Below, in pieces: positions 41,385 to 58,669 of a stretch of 64,000 nucleotides of DNA (its first letter is position 1; each line of letters begins with the position of its first letter). The translations under genes and the position numbers were made by a program. The notes under the pieces are model-generated. The model made no database searches. It worked only from the letters and a program-made list of their open reading frames with translations, and was not told the origin of the DNA. The stretch lies in contig OZ024742.1 of the NCBI GenBank assembly GCA_964016885.1, positions 330,956,001-331,020,000 of the forward strand. Direction: 5' to 3'. The DNA comes from Eledone cirrhosa. Lineage: Eukaryota.

Positions 41385-41545
41385 AAGTAGATTTAGGTAA
41401 AATGATTGTTTTCTCTATTAATTACAATGTTAGTTCAAATCCGGCCGAGGCTAAGTTTGCCTTTCATCCTTACGAGGTCAATAAAATATAGTACCAGAAA
41501 TGCATTGAAATAATTTCTGGCCTTGTGCCAATACTAGAAACAATA
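41385..41545 (+). mobile_element. Diverged tRNA-derived SINE
   Basis: AGTTCAAATCC, GCCTTTCATCCTTACGAGGTC..AGTACCAG, GGCCTTGTGCC tail. Confidence 0.75.
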
Positions 41546-41903
41546 CATTTTCATTATAGTGTTAAAATAAAATTCGTTGTTAGATTTTTAGTATTAGAGA
41601 TAATTTAATAAGCAGTAGCATGTAGTCATCATTTTACGTAAATAATTGTTTCTACTTTTGACACAAGGCCAGCAATTACTGGTACTTTAATGAATATATA
41701 CACATAACAGGCACACACAAATTACCAGAAATTACCAGTAGTATATATCCGGTTGCAATACACAGACTATGCTTAGAGTTGAATTGGATCCATTCATCCT
41801 TCTCTCTCTATCTTTCGCATTTTAAATATATCAAAATTCATTGTTTATGTAAAATGATGATTGCTACTGCTTCTTAAATAATTTCCATATATATATATAT
41901 ACA

Positions 41904-44900
41904 TGTCCTGGGTATGACATTATATATATGTCCTGGGTATGACGTTAAACTACGTCCAGTAGCAAGGTTCCAATTCGGGAGTTCAGAAGTTGTGGGGAAT
42001 GTGGAGTTGCCCTTAGTTGTCTTAACTCCCAGGTCTGCTCTGGTCCGGAGTAGTAGTACCTTTTAGGGCCCCATTTATGGGTTACATAATTACCTTATTC
42101 TAGTGGTGCCGGTAAGGTATTGTCAGCCATTGAAAAGAAATATGGATATTCTATCTAACAGCACTAGGGATAGAACTCCCAACTACACTATCCAGGAGCA
42201 GTCTGGTCGTTATGACTCTGCTGGCTTAGAGCCATAGGGAGCGACAATGGATGATGGATTAGCTGTCTCTGAGACAAATATTAAGAATGCAGAAAAGCCA
42301 TCAAAATGGGCACTTTGAATGTGAGGACTATTCGGACGCTGGAGAAGAGAGAGGAGTTGGGTCATCTGTTTGAGGAGAGTGGTATACAGATAATTGCGAT
42401 CCAAAAACATAGGATCCTACACGAGGAGCCCGTGAGGAGCGTGATGATTGGGAAAATGATCCAGCTCATCACCACATAGGCAGTGAAGAACATGACCAAT
42501 GCTGCATTAGAAGGAATGGGTTTTGTTTTCAGCACAAAAAACAATCTATTGGTGAGGGAAAATAATACCAGTTTCCCCACGACTGTTGAGGGTGACGTTC
42601 AATGGAAACCAAAGTCTGTCAGTCATCTCAGCCTATAGTCCAACCGTGGCAGACAGTGATGTGAGTGCAGATGAGTTCCATGAGGAGGTGTGTAGAGCAG
42701 TCAAGACCAGACAAGCACATAACACCCTGCTTGTTCTGGGGGACTTCAATGAATATCTGAGTAAGGAGGGCAGTGAAGATAGTTGCTGGTACTTCCATAA
42801 CAACACCAACCGAAATGGAAGACTAATGAGAGACACCCTGCTGGAGGCGAACTTGATAGCGACCAACCTAAGGTTTAGGAAGGAACCCGGGAAGAAGTGG
42901 AGCTACATCTCAGATGTGCACCTGTCCAAGTCCCAAATTGATTTCATTTTGGTGATGAAAAATTGGCGGAATCGTGTTCTGAACACAGAACCATAAACTA
43001 GTTCAGTATACTGGGTAGTGACCACCGGCTTGGTATGAGTGAGGCCGATCAAAGAAGATGATAAGCTACAGGAGAGGTTCACATTAGAAGTGAGGAACAG
43101 GTTCAGTGCTCTATGTGGAGAGACAGAGGAGACAGATATTGGATGGACTTAGGAGAATGTGACGAGGAGGTCCGAGTGCTTCACCAATGCAGTGGCGAAG
43201 AGAAAGTGGCGAAGCCAAGGAGAAAGAAAAGGATGCACGTCAGCTCTGCAGACCCAAAAGTGTGTGCAGCCAGAGAACACCTGAAATCTACCAAGAACCA
43301 ATTCTATGATGATCCTACGGAGGAGAGGAAGGAGATTATTGAAATGATGTCGTAAGAACTCTGTACCGCTTATACTGAGGCCATAGAGGAGGCGCTGATA
43401 GAGAAGAAAAGAAGTGTGGAGAGAGCGGTTGTAGGTCTAGATGTAAGGAGAGCTGGATGATCATGAACGAGATCACATGGAGGAAGAGAAGGTGTTCGAA
43501 TCAGATCGAGGGAACAGGGATCGAGGATAGGAAGGGGAAATGGCTACACCATTTTAGGACCCTAATAGGAGAGCCGCCCCCCACAGCCCAGAACACTGGG
43601 GAGATCAGTTGGCTGTTTGAAGAACTGGATATTGAGGCAGGGACCTTCATCAGAGAGGAGCTTCAGAGAGCCAAGAAGAAGATTAAGGAGGGCAAGGATC
43701 ATGAAGAAGATGGAGTGGAATCTGAGGTGATGAAGAGGTATGAATTTGATGATATCATCCTGGGGTTCTGTATACAGTTACTGGAGAAAGGAGTTGCCCC
43801 GAATCAGTGGAGGATCAGTAACATCTCAGTGCCAACGAAGGGAGATCTATCTAACACCAACAACTACAGGGGGGTCTCACTGACGTCACGTGTGGCAAGA
43901 CTCTCAACCAGATGATTCTTAACAGGATCCAGCCTGAGATGGAGAAGAATCTCAGGGACAACAAGAATGGCTTCAGAGAGGGAAGATCAACCACCAGTCA
44001 CATCCTGATGCTGATGAGGATATTAGAGGGGGCTAGAGCAAAGTGCCTTCCTGCGGTAATGGTTTTCATTGGCTTTACGAAGGCCTTTGATTATGTGGAC
44101 CGGCACTGCCTGATAAAGATCTTACAGGCTTATGGAATCCCAAAGAATATAGTGAACCTGATGTCACTGTTCTAAATCAACACCAAAGCCCAAGTCATTA
44201 CACCAGATAAGATGACGGAGTTCTTTGAGATACTGGCTGGAGTGCTCCAGGGAGATACATTGGCTCCCTACCTTTTTATCATCGTAGTGGACTATTGTAT
44301 GCGCCTTGCACTGATGAAAACTCAGGACTGTGGCTTTACTGAAACGCCGGCTCAGAGTAGGAGATTTAAGGCGAAACATGTATCGGATGCTGAATTTGCC
44401 GACGACATAGTTTTGGGGACAAATACAGTGAAGGGGCTGAGGATTTGATGCAGGAGGTTGAGACTGTGTTCATCAGTGTGGGGCTGAGAATGAATAAGAC
44501 TAAAACAAAATATCTGGTAGAGAATATTGAGAAGACAGAGGGGATCACTAGTCTAAGCGGGAAGTCGCTAGAATTGGTTGAGGACTTTCAGTATTTGGGA
44601 GCAAAGATTGGGAATGCGGGAGATGATGTGGTTGAGAGGAAAAGCAAGGCCTAGGCAGCGTGCCACAGCTTGAGATCGGTGTGTGAGTCGGAACTTCGTA
44701 AAGACCTGAAAATCCGCTTCTTCATTGCTGTAGTGGAGTATGTGCTGCTGTACGGGTTTGAGACTTGGACACTGACCAAGAAACTCACTCAGATGGCGGA
44801 TGGGTGCTACTCAAGAATGCTGATGATGGCTCTGAACATTAATCAGTATACACCGAGGATGAAAATCTCAGAGCTCTATGGGAGCCTCCCAAAGTCTGCT

Positions 44901-45150
44901 CGAAAGTGACACGGAGGAGACTGAGGATGGCTGGACAAGCTCACCGACATCCAGAGTTGACATTGCACTCAGTGATCCTGTGGAGCCCCTGGATGGGCAC
45001 ACTGGAAGAGAAAGATCGTGGTTAATATATGTTGATGCCCTAAGGACAGACAGTGGTCTGTTGGAGACGCAGGACTTGGCAGCGATAATGAGGTACATAG
45101 ACCGCTGGAGAGAACTCGTCCATGGATCTCGGGAATTTTACCCGCCCTAT
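41904..45150 (+). mobile_element. Near full-length decayed RTE-clade LINE (APE plus RT)
   Basis: TLNVRT, SAYSPT, LGDFN, QIDFILV, SDH; NYRGVSL, GFREGRST, TKAFD, GVLQGDTLAPYLF, FADD, FQYLG; multiple stops and frameshifts. Confidence 0.93.
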
Positions 45151-45372
45151 ATCTATATATATATATATATATATATATATGACAGTTGAAAACTGTAAAC
45201 TTGGCTGTCACCACTGAATAAGAACCTGAAGATTGCGAAAACATGTAAGTTCTTGTTCAACTAACATTTAACATTTAATATTCTACCGTACTATTTCATT
45301 ATAATATCATTAAATTTTAAAGAATTTTAAGTACAACGAGTAAATCGGAGAAAGTTGGAATTCCTTTTATTA

Positions 45373-45404
<32 letters not shown>

Positions 45405-45494
45405 GTAAATATGTATAGTGAAAACTGGGACGGGAACAAAAACAGAGAGGCAGTACAAACAAAGGTTTATTAGATTCGCGCTCTTGAGAGGGAG

Positions 45495-45536
<42 letters not shown>

Positions 45537-45790
45537 TATATAAGGTAAATCAGAAATAAAAAAAACAAAGGGCATATAACATGTAAGGAAGAGAGTGTTC
45601 ACGTCTCGGATATTAGGCCTTCATCTGTAGATACAGTTGGAAATAGAAGAAAAATAGACGGTAAAAATTGATAAGAGGAAAAAGGCGGAAAAATGAGGAA
45701 AAATATATATATTCACACACACACTCACACACACATACACACACACATATATATATATATATATACATACACATGCATACATACATACAT

Positions 45791-45852
<62 letters not shown>

Positions 45853-46275
45853 CTTAATATGCAGTGGGAATACGAAGAAAGCAAGAACAGCGGGGAGGGT
45901 AGTTTTCCTCATCAGTTGTCTACTGGGAGCCTAGGATATTACTTCGCTTTAAATATATTTAATTTATTAATTTATTAATTTATTATTTGAGTGACCCGAA
46001 TTTTCCTGGTCGCTTTTTCGGCTATGCGAATGATCTAGGCATCGTCTCTATGTGTTAGTATTTTAACGATAGTTATAGCTCTGTTTCATCCAAACTATTG
46101 AGCCCTCTGCCACACATGTCGAAGATCGTGGGGCGAGATTCTGTTTCTCGATTATTTCCTTCTCGATTATTTAATTATATATATATATATATATATATAA
46201 ATGAACGAAAAATGGCGCGCTGGATTGTTGCGAATATGAACATATGAATAAAAATAGACCGAGAAACAAGAATGC

Positions 46276-50953
<4,678 letters not shown>

Positions 50954-51699
50954 TATATATATACTTAAATGCGCTCTAAAATATACAACACAGACAAAAA
51001 CAAAGCAAAACAAACTCAAAATCTGTAGAAAGTGGTTATTTTTTCTTGTTTTGTTATTTTGTTTCTGTATATTTACGAGTGTGTGTATGTTGGTACGTGC
51101 ACGGGTGTATATTACACTAAAAATGTCTTATCATAATTTGAGGCGTTACTTCGATTAAGATGAAAGAATTGAGTAATAATGGAGAACAAATTAGAAAACA
51201 AAACAGGCTTCAAAATAGACAGAAGCAAATCCGATTGGTTGTTTCTGAATCTACTGTCTTTATACAACAGATGTCATTTGGTAGGTTTGATAAAAAATCG
51301 ATACTAATAAAATATTTTGTTTGCTTTCAACTACCTGAAAGTGTCAAAATTGAAAAGAAGATATGTAAAGTAAAATACAAAAGCAAAATTAAAAGGAATA
51401 TATGAGAAATAAAATAATCCGTATTACCAATATAGACGAAATCTATTTCCTGAGATGGAATCTCGTGAACGGGAAAATATAAATCAAGAAATTGACTATA
51501 TTGGAATATAAAAAAAAGAACGATAAAACTGGTACAATCAGCATAAATAAATAACTATAAGAATAGATGAACGATGTTAAGTATGATAAATAGACACACA
51601 CATATGTTTATAAACATACACGCACATGTAGATGCACACGCAAGCACACACACACATACGCAAACACATATATATATATATATATATATATAAAACAAC

Positions 51700-51755
<56 letters not shown>

Positions 51756-51757
51756 AC

Positions 51758-51794
<37 letters not shown>

Positions 51795-51801
<7 letters not shown>

Positions 51802-52036
51802 TAAAACATGTCTATAGAATCACCACATAAAATATATACCATTTCCTCTCTCAATTTGCATAATTAACCATATACAAAAAAAACATGGTTAATTATGTTA
51901 ATTGGGACAGGAAACGGTATATATTTTATCTGGTGATTCTATAGACATGTTTTATGATATATAGCTCTGATTATTTAATTTATTAATTCTTCATTGAGCC
52001 ACAACGTGACCCGTTGCAAAACACATATATATCTAT

Positions 52037-52118
<82 letters not shown>

Positions 52119-52790
52119 CTTTATATGTAATAATCTCCCGTTAGGTTGAGATACAATTTTGGCTGTATTGGGCTGCCTTTTCTAGCAAAAAGCCTACCAG
52201 CCGTAAGCAATTAATCACATCCTTTCTAACTTGACCGCTGCCACGTCACGATTCTTAGCCATTTTTTAATGTATTCTTGGTGCGATCACTTTGGAAAATT
52301 AATTGTCTAAATTTGACTAACTCCTGAAGAATTCGAAGCTCTAGATTTCCAATGTTATCGGATATCTTAAAATGCGGACGAAACCATGGTAGAGGTAACT
52401 AAATATGTACACTTTTCTTCTAGTTTATTTTACACCTAATTATGTTTAGTTGACTGTATATCTGTATTTATACACGCTGTCGATATACTCGATAAATACT
52501 ACGTCGCAACCGCCGCGAAATGCGGCTTTCGATTACTTGTCGGATTTTTCTTCATAGGAGCCTTTATTCTAATAGCTTGGTCTAATTGATTTTTTATATG
52601 GTTAATTATGCTAATTGGGAGAGGAAACGGGTTATATTTTATCTGGTGATTCTATAGACATGTTTTATAATATAAAGCTCTGATTATTTAATTTATTAAT
52701 TCTTCATTGAGCCACAAAGTGACCCGTTGCAAAACATATATATCTTTGATTTTATATATATATATATATATGTAAACCTTTATATGTATA
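51795..52790 (+). mobile_element. Non-coding PLE-like element: short inverted copy, direct terminal repeats and an internal HHR
   Basis: 51795-51872 is an inverted copy of 51886-51962; 51886-52130 is repeated at 52598-52790. Confidence 0.7.
52321..52394 (+). ncRNA. Hammerhead motif with long stem II
   Basis: CUC-CUGAAGA-AUUCG..CGGAC-GAAA-CCAUGG-UA-GAG. Confidence 0.6.
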
Positions 52791-52796
52791 TATATA

Positions 52797-53934
52797 GTAA
52801 TAATAAAATTGAAGACTAAAATCCAAAGAGGGCTCGATAAGGAAAAAATATATCAAATATATAAGAACCGTAGAGCAAATCTGCTTTCACCCTTAACGGC
52901 ATCTTCTGAAACTAACAAAGTCAATCTGTAAACGCAGAACTGGATATTTCAAAAAACGTTGCAACCGGAGGAAGACAGGAAGACAATACTTTGGTTCGTG
53001 GTTACTTATTTGCATAGGTAAGTATATATTACCCGTATGTTTTGTGAAGGTATGTATACCTTCTCGTAGTATATTTTACTGTTATAGCGTATAATTTTTA
53101 CATATTCTGGTATTTAGGGTTAGGCTATGTGTATACGAGAGTTTTGCGTCCGCGTGAGTGTGCAGGTTCGTACGTATGGTGGGTGTGTGTATATGTGTAC
53201 TTCTTGTTTTAGTTGACTTACGTCTCCGAACATTCGTGTATTTATATGTAGGTATGCGTGTGCGCTTGTTATATACGTATTTATTTACTTATATACGTTT
53301 ATATAATTATTTATTTATTTGTACACAAGCATACACACACACACATATTTATATGTGCGTGGTTTTGTATACCCATGGTAAGGTTTTGCGTATGCTCATG
53401 TATGTACGTATCTGTTTGCGTGTATGTATTTATTTGTTTCTATTACTTATGTATTGTATTTATTTACTTTGTTCTTAACTCTGTAGCGGAGATTCATTTG
53501 GTCTCCTAGTTAGAATTTTAGTCTACGATTTCTGCTATACCATTTACGTGGTTTTGTCTTTGCGTGCTATTGTTCTACACGCTCCACATATGACTTATTG
53601 TCTTCGTTTTTTCGTTCATTGCCAGAGAACGTTTCTATGCACCACCTAAGAGAACATTAGTCTACGACCTCTTTTATACCATAAACGTGGTTTTGTCTTT
53701 GCGCGTAATTGTTTTTCACCGCTCCTATTAATGACGTATTATTCGTTTTTTCCCGTTCTTTGCCAGCGAACGTTACCACGAACCAAAGTATCGTCTTCCT
53801 GTCTTCCTCCGATTGCAACGTTTATTGAAATATCCAGTTCTGCGTTTACAGATTGACTTTGTTAGTTTCAGAAGATCCCGTTAAGGCTGAAAGCAGCGAT
53901 TCTTTGCTTAAACTTTAATCTGTTATTTTATTAA

Positions 53935-53935
<1 letters not shown>
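52797..53935. mobile_element. Non-coding element with ~125-bp inverted repeats and an HHR-like terminus; related ends at 36200-36345 and 57675-57740
   Basis: 52880-53005 is the reverse complement of 53773-53897; AGUUU-CAGAAGA-UCCC..GAAA-GCA..UGC-UU-AAACU at 53864-53914. Confidence 0.7.
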
Positions 53936-53992
<57 letters not shown>

Positions 53993-54068
53993 CGAAGGAA
54001 ATGTGGTAAGGAACCAGGTGGACCATAACGCACCAAAGTACTCAATACTTGGGGTAGTAGAGTGGGTA

Positions 54069-54184
54069 ATAGGAACCAGTAAGACCCCGACAGCTGAGCT
54101 CAAGCCGTTTCGACGGCTAATTCTGGACTGAATTAGCCGTCGAAACGGCTTGAGCTCAGCTGTCGGGGTCTTACTGGTTCCTAT
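54069..54184. repeat. Perfect 55-bp-arm palindrome
   Basis: 54069-54123 vs 54130-54184; the upstream flank 53991-54068 matches 5580-5655. Confidence 0.92.
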
Positions 54185-54193
54185 ATATATATA

Positions 54194-54233
<40 letters not shown>

Positions 54234-54599
54234 CCATTAGTTGCGGGTTCAGCTCAATGAAATAAATGAGATTGCTATAAATTCATAATAAGAAAAAGCA
54301 ACCGAGATAAAAAAGAACTTTCTTACTTCAAATATCAAAGCTTTAGATTTACAGTGTAAGATGGACGGGATTTTCCAATAAGTTACGAATTCGAAAATCG
54401 AGAGATCACCGGCTCCTCAGGTAGCATTGTCAAAACAAGACATAACTTAAACTTATCCCGACGTATGAGCTTTTTGAGGGAAAAATTTCACATTGTAGGC
54501 AGTCGAAATGAAGTTAGTAATTTATGTCCATTCGGAAAATTCGAAAGAGAGTCGGAAGAATTTCGCGTTACAGTCTAGGTTCACTGTAACAATCTGAAG

Positions 54600-55800
54600 C
54601 AGCGATCAAGCCAACAGCGATTTAGAGAGACAGTAACAACAGCTCATCCACCGCATGCAATTCTCTCGCTACAATCGGAGAAACAAGATCAGGGAATATA
54701 AAGCAGCCAGGACCAAATGGGCAATGATAATACTAAATGATGCAAATGGGACTCGCCCCAAATATAGGCGCAAATCTCGGAATAGAATTGAAAAGATTCA
54801 GAAAAAGGCAAATAAAATAAACACATGGTATGATAGCAATAAATACCAGAGTGTAATGTTCGTCAATACAACCCAAAGAGGTGAACTAGCTTACTGATTT
54901 AGAAATGCACTAGACAAGCTGAAATTAAATATTAAGATAGTTGATGAAACCCATATTCCCATAAAAACCCTAATTAGCAAAACATATCCATTTCAAAGAA
55001 CTCCCTGCACTGATAGGAAATGCATGATCTGCAGGTAAAGCCCGCAAATTAACTGCAAATCTAGAGACGTAGTATATAGCATAAGATGTACTGAGGGAAT
55101 AAAAGCACAACATACACATGTGAAACAGCCCGTAGAATAGGAGAAAGGATAAATGAACACTGGCAAGAACTCCAAAGTTGGAAAAAACTCATCAGTACTC
55201 CACCAACGTGCCAAATTAGAACATAGGGCCACATTAGAGAACATAGAGATAAAAATTCGATCCACAGACAGAAACGGTGCAATGTTCGGAAAAATTACAA
55301 GGGAGGCGACGAACATAAACGAACTCCAACCATAATTAAACAGAAAACATGAGTGGAATAGCAACATCCCAACTAGTAATTAAGGACAAAATGAAAATAT
55401 ATAGACAGACACAACAAATACTATCAACCAGCTAGTGACAATAAATAAACACATACATAAATAAATGAAAAACACACACACAGACCCGGATTCAACGCAT
55501 GCGCATATTAAGCCCACAACGCACAAACATAAGATGGTGTAGGACAGAAAAGAGGAGAGACACAGAATAAAACTCCAGTCAATGAGAAAGTCACAGAAAA
55601 TGTGTCGAAAGAGCTTTGACAATATATAAAGAACCACCCGGTTATCGAACCAACCAGCCGACAGTGAATTTATAATAAATTGAAGTAAAAAACAACAGGT
55701 GCATGTTTTCTTGGCAGCATGACCCTCCGAGATTATAACAATATCTGTTTCAGCATACGTTTTCAGATAAGAAACCTTGCAAAACAAATTCAACAACGAC
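54600..55800 (+). mobile_element. Older, decayed copy of the Naiad-like PLE 3' half
   Basis: MQFSRY..YQSVMFV..GELAY, SSVLHQ..LENIEIKI; colinear with 49720-50950. Confidence 0.85.
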
Positions 55801-55876
55801 GTATATATATATATTAACCCACTCGATATGCAAATTGGGCTATTCAGCCGTTAATATGCATAAGGTAAGTATATAC

Positions 55877-55963
55877 GTTCAACAATCTGGCAGGAAGGTA
55901 TACGTTGCTGACGATAGCTAATAAGCTTGAAACTAGTACAGCGTTCCTTTGTCAGTGTTGAAC
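55877..55963 (+). ncRNA. Minimal type I hammerhead with extended stem I
   Basis: ACGUUG-CUGACGA-U-AGCU-aaua-AGCU-U-GAAA-CUAG-UA-CAGCGU; further helices AAGG/CCUU, CUGGCA/UGUCAG, GUUCAACA/UGUUGAAC. Confidence 0.82.
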
Positions 55964-56300
55964 AAACGAGCAACGATGTTTGCTGGACACTACGGCTTAA
56001 TACGGGATGTTTGTTTACAAACACACCGATCATTATAATAAATGTTCGGTGAATCCATACGTACATATATATATATATGTGCATGTATGTATATATATAT
56101 ATACATACTACTGTACGTCTGTATACATATATGTATGTACGTGTACGTACTTATATTTAAGTAACAGCCGTACCAAGAGTGGGAAATGAAATTTCGTTTC
56201 ATGTTTTCCGTTTATCGTTTTCGATGCACCCGGCCGATTAACCCACTCGATATGCAATTTGGGCTACTCATCCGTTAATATGTATAAGGTAAGTATATAC

Positions 56301-56387
56301 GTTCAACAATTTGGCAGGAAGGTATACTTTCCTGACGATAGCTAATAAGCTTGAAACTAGTACAGCGTTCCTTTGTCAATGTTGAAC
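56301..56387 (+). ncRNA. Second-unit hammerhead (core intact, proximal stem I mutated)
   Basis: CUGACGA at 56332, GAAA-CUAG-UA at 56353-56362. Confidence 0.65.
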
Positions 56388-56562
56388 AAACGAGCAACAA
56401 TGGTTGCTGGGCACTACGGCTTAATACGGGATACTTGTTTACAAACACACCGAGCATTATAATAAATGTTCAGTGAATCCATACGTACATATATGTATGT
56501 GTGCATGTATGTAAATATATATATACATACTACTGTACGTATGTATACATATATGTATGTAC

Positions 56563-56623
<61 letters not shown>

Positions 56624-57114
56624 TGAATTACCACAACGTTTCCTTCTCATAATAGTCTCATTTATCTTTCTATTATTTCTGTCATTCGTTTATTTTTACA
56701 CAAATCCTAAACGTATTATGTACTATATAAAATGTTAAACTATTAGATACATTGTCCTATGTTGTTATTCGACTTTGATGTTCGCATCCGTCGGCGTTAA
56801 ATACAGTGAAAACACACCACCACCTCGTATTGCAGATGTTTGGAGTTGTATTGCCATAGTGACTACATAAGACAGGGTGATATTTATGCTACCATTGTGA
56901 TCATTTCCCAGCAACTCATTCACAATGCATCTACTTTTACTTTTATGCAAATATAAACATACATGCGTAAAACAGCGCACACAACTGGTTAAACACTGAT
57001 AACCCCTCCGTTGGTCAAACTCAGTGCGCGCATTAACGCCTCAAAGGTTCCAATAGTCACTCCAGCTTCGTCACTGTCTAACGCCCATGCTCTAAGAGTG
57101 TTATAAACAAGCCA

Positions 57115-57152
<38 letters not shown>

Positions 57153-57558
57153 CCACACACCCACAAACACACATTCACTCCCACACACACACACACACAT
57201 ACACTCATATAGTCCCACACACACACACTTATACACACTTGTCTACTCAAAATACACGAGGATTTTCTCCCTTTCAAACAGTCTTTAATAACTCTATCTT
57301 TTGACCAGCATTTCCCCAAATTAGCTAACTGCACAGATATCGACTTTCTCTCAAAAAATTGTTTCCGTTTTCTATTTATTCTCACTCTCGATTCTTCTTC
57401 TATTTCTTTTTTTTATTACGATTCTGTCATTTGATGAAGGTCTAATTTCTGAAACGTTAAGATTATTTTACCATTATATCAAGCGATACTCTAATAATAT
57501 ATTGCTTAATTGTATTGTATTGATTTGATATGTTGTTTATCCGTATCCTTTTCGAATG

Positions 57559-57678
<120 letters not shown>

Positions 57679-57738
57679 TTATTAAAATAACATATTAAAG
57701 TTTAAGCAAAGAATCGCTGCTTTCACCCTTAACGGGAT

Positions 57739-57799
<61 letters not shown>

Positions 57800-58319
57800 A
57801 TTTATACATATTTGTACACACGCACACACGCCCCCCCCCCCCATCACTATATATATATATATATATATCTTTCCTTACACAAATATACTTTTATTCTTTT
57901 GTATATACTCGTTTATATTCTGACACGTAGAAACTCACATGAACACATGTACGTGGATATATATTTCTCTACTTATATGTGCATGTGCTATTTTGCATTG
58001 TGAGTTTGTGTTGCGTTCGTGTTGGCATACTTAGATATTAGGAATTATTTAAAGAGATTTTGAATAGAGTTATGTTTGCTTTAAGACTTGATGCAGATGT
58101 AAATATACTTGCATCTTTATTGAATTTATTTAATCGGATTTCTTTCCTTAGTCTTTTGTACCGAATACTTGTTATCTATGGTTAAGATTCTTAAATTAAA
58201 CTATATATATATATATACTCAAGTAACATCTATTTCTTCTAATGAAACAACATACAGATCTTATCATTCAATAATACATATATCAATATTTGTCCTCATA
58301 TATGTATATCCATCGTTAT

Positions 58320-58368
58320 AACAACAAGAACAGCAACAACAACAACAATAACAATAATATCAATAAAG

Positions 58369-58401
<33 letters not shown>

Positions 58402-58418
58402 GTAATAATAATAATAAT
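58320..58418. repeat. (AAC)n/(AAT)n microsatellite abutting the Tx1 3' end
   Basis: Seen directly. Confidence 0.9.
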
Positions 58419-58669
58419 GCTTTCTTTATTAATCACAAGGGTTTACATAAAGTAAACATTAAGGACAGTACAGGACAATACAGGGCGGTACAAATGGGCA
58501 TTTCTGCGTGTAAAAAAACAAGAAACAGAGGATGTAATAATAGAAAAATGAAAATATTCCCCAATAGGGAGGAGACTTCCGAGGGATATTCGTGGAGAAA
58601 GCTCATTAACAAGCGACAGTGACCCTGACCACCAGGGCAAGTGCACTCTCCCAGTTTTCCACCTTTAAT

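Larger units (their letters stand above)
55813..56570 (+). repeat. 424-bp tandem repeat (about 1.8 units), each unit carrying a hammerhead (retrozyme-like)
   Basis: Units start at 55813 and 56237; CUGACGA cores at 55908 and 56332. Confidence 0.85.

Noticed and set aside
56760-57530. Possible further PLE 3' relic with a degenerate HHR at 57430 (similar weak hints at 2200-2390, 3300-3520, 32090-32190 and 45220-45255)
   Set aside because: The cores are mutated and the protein similarity is too faint to support as features without alignment.
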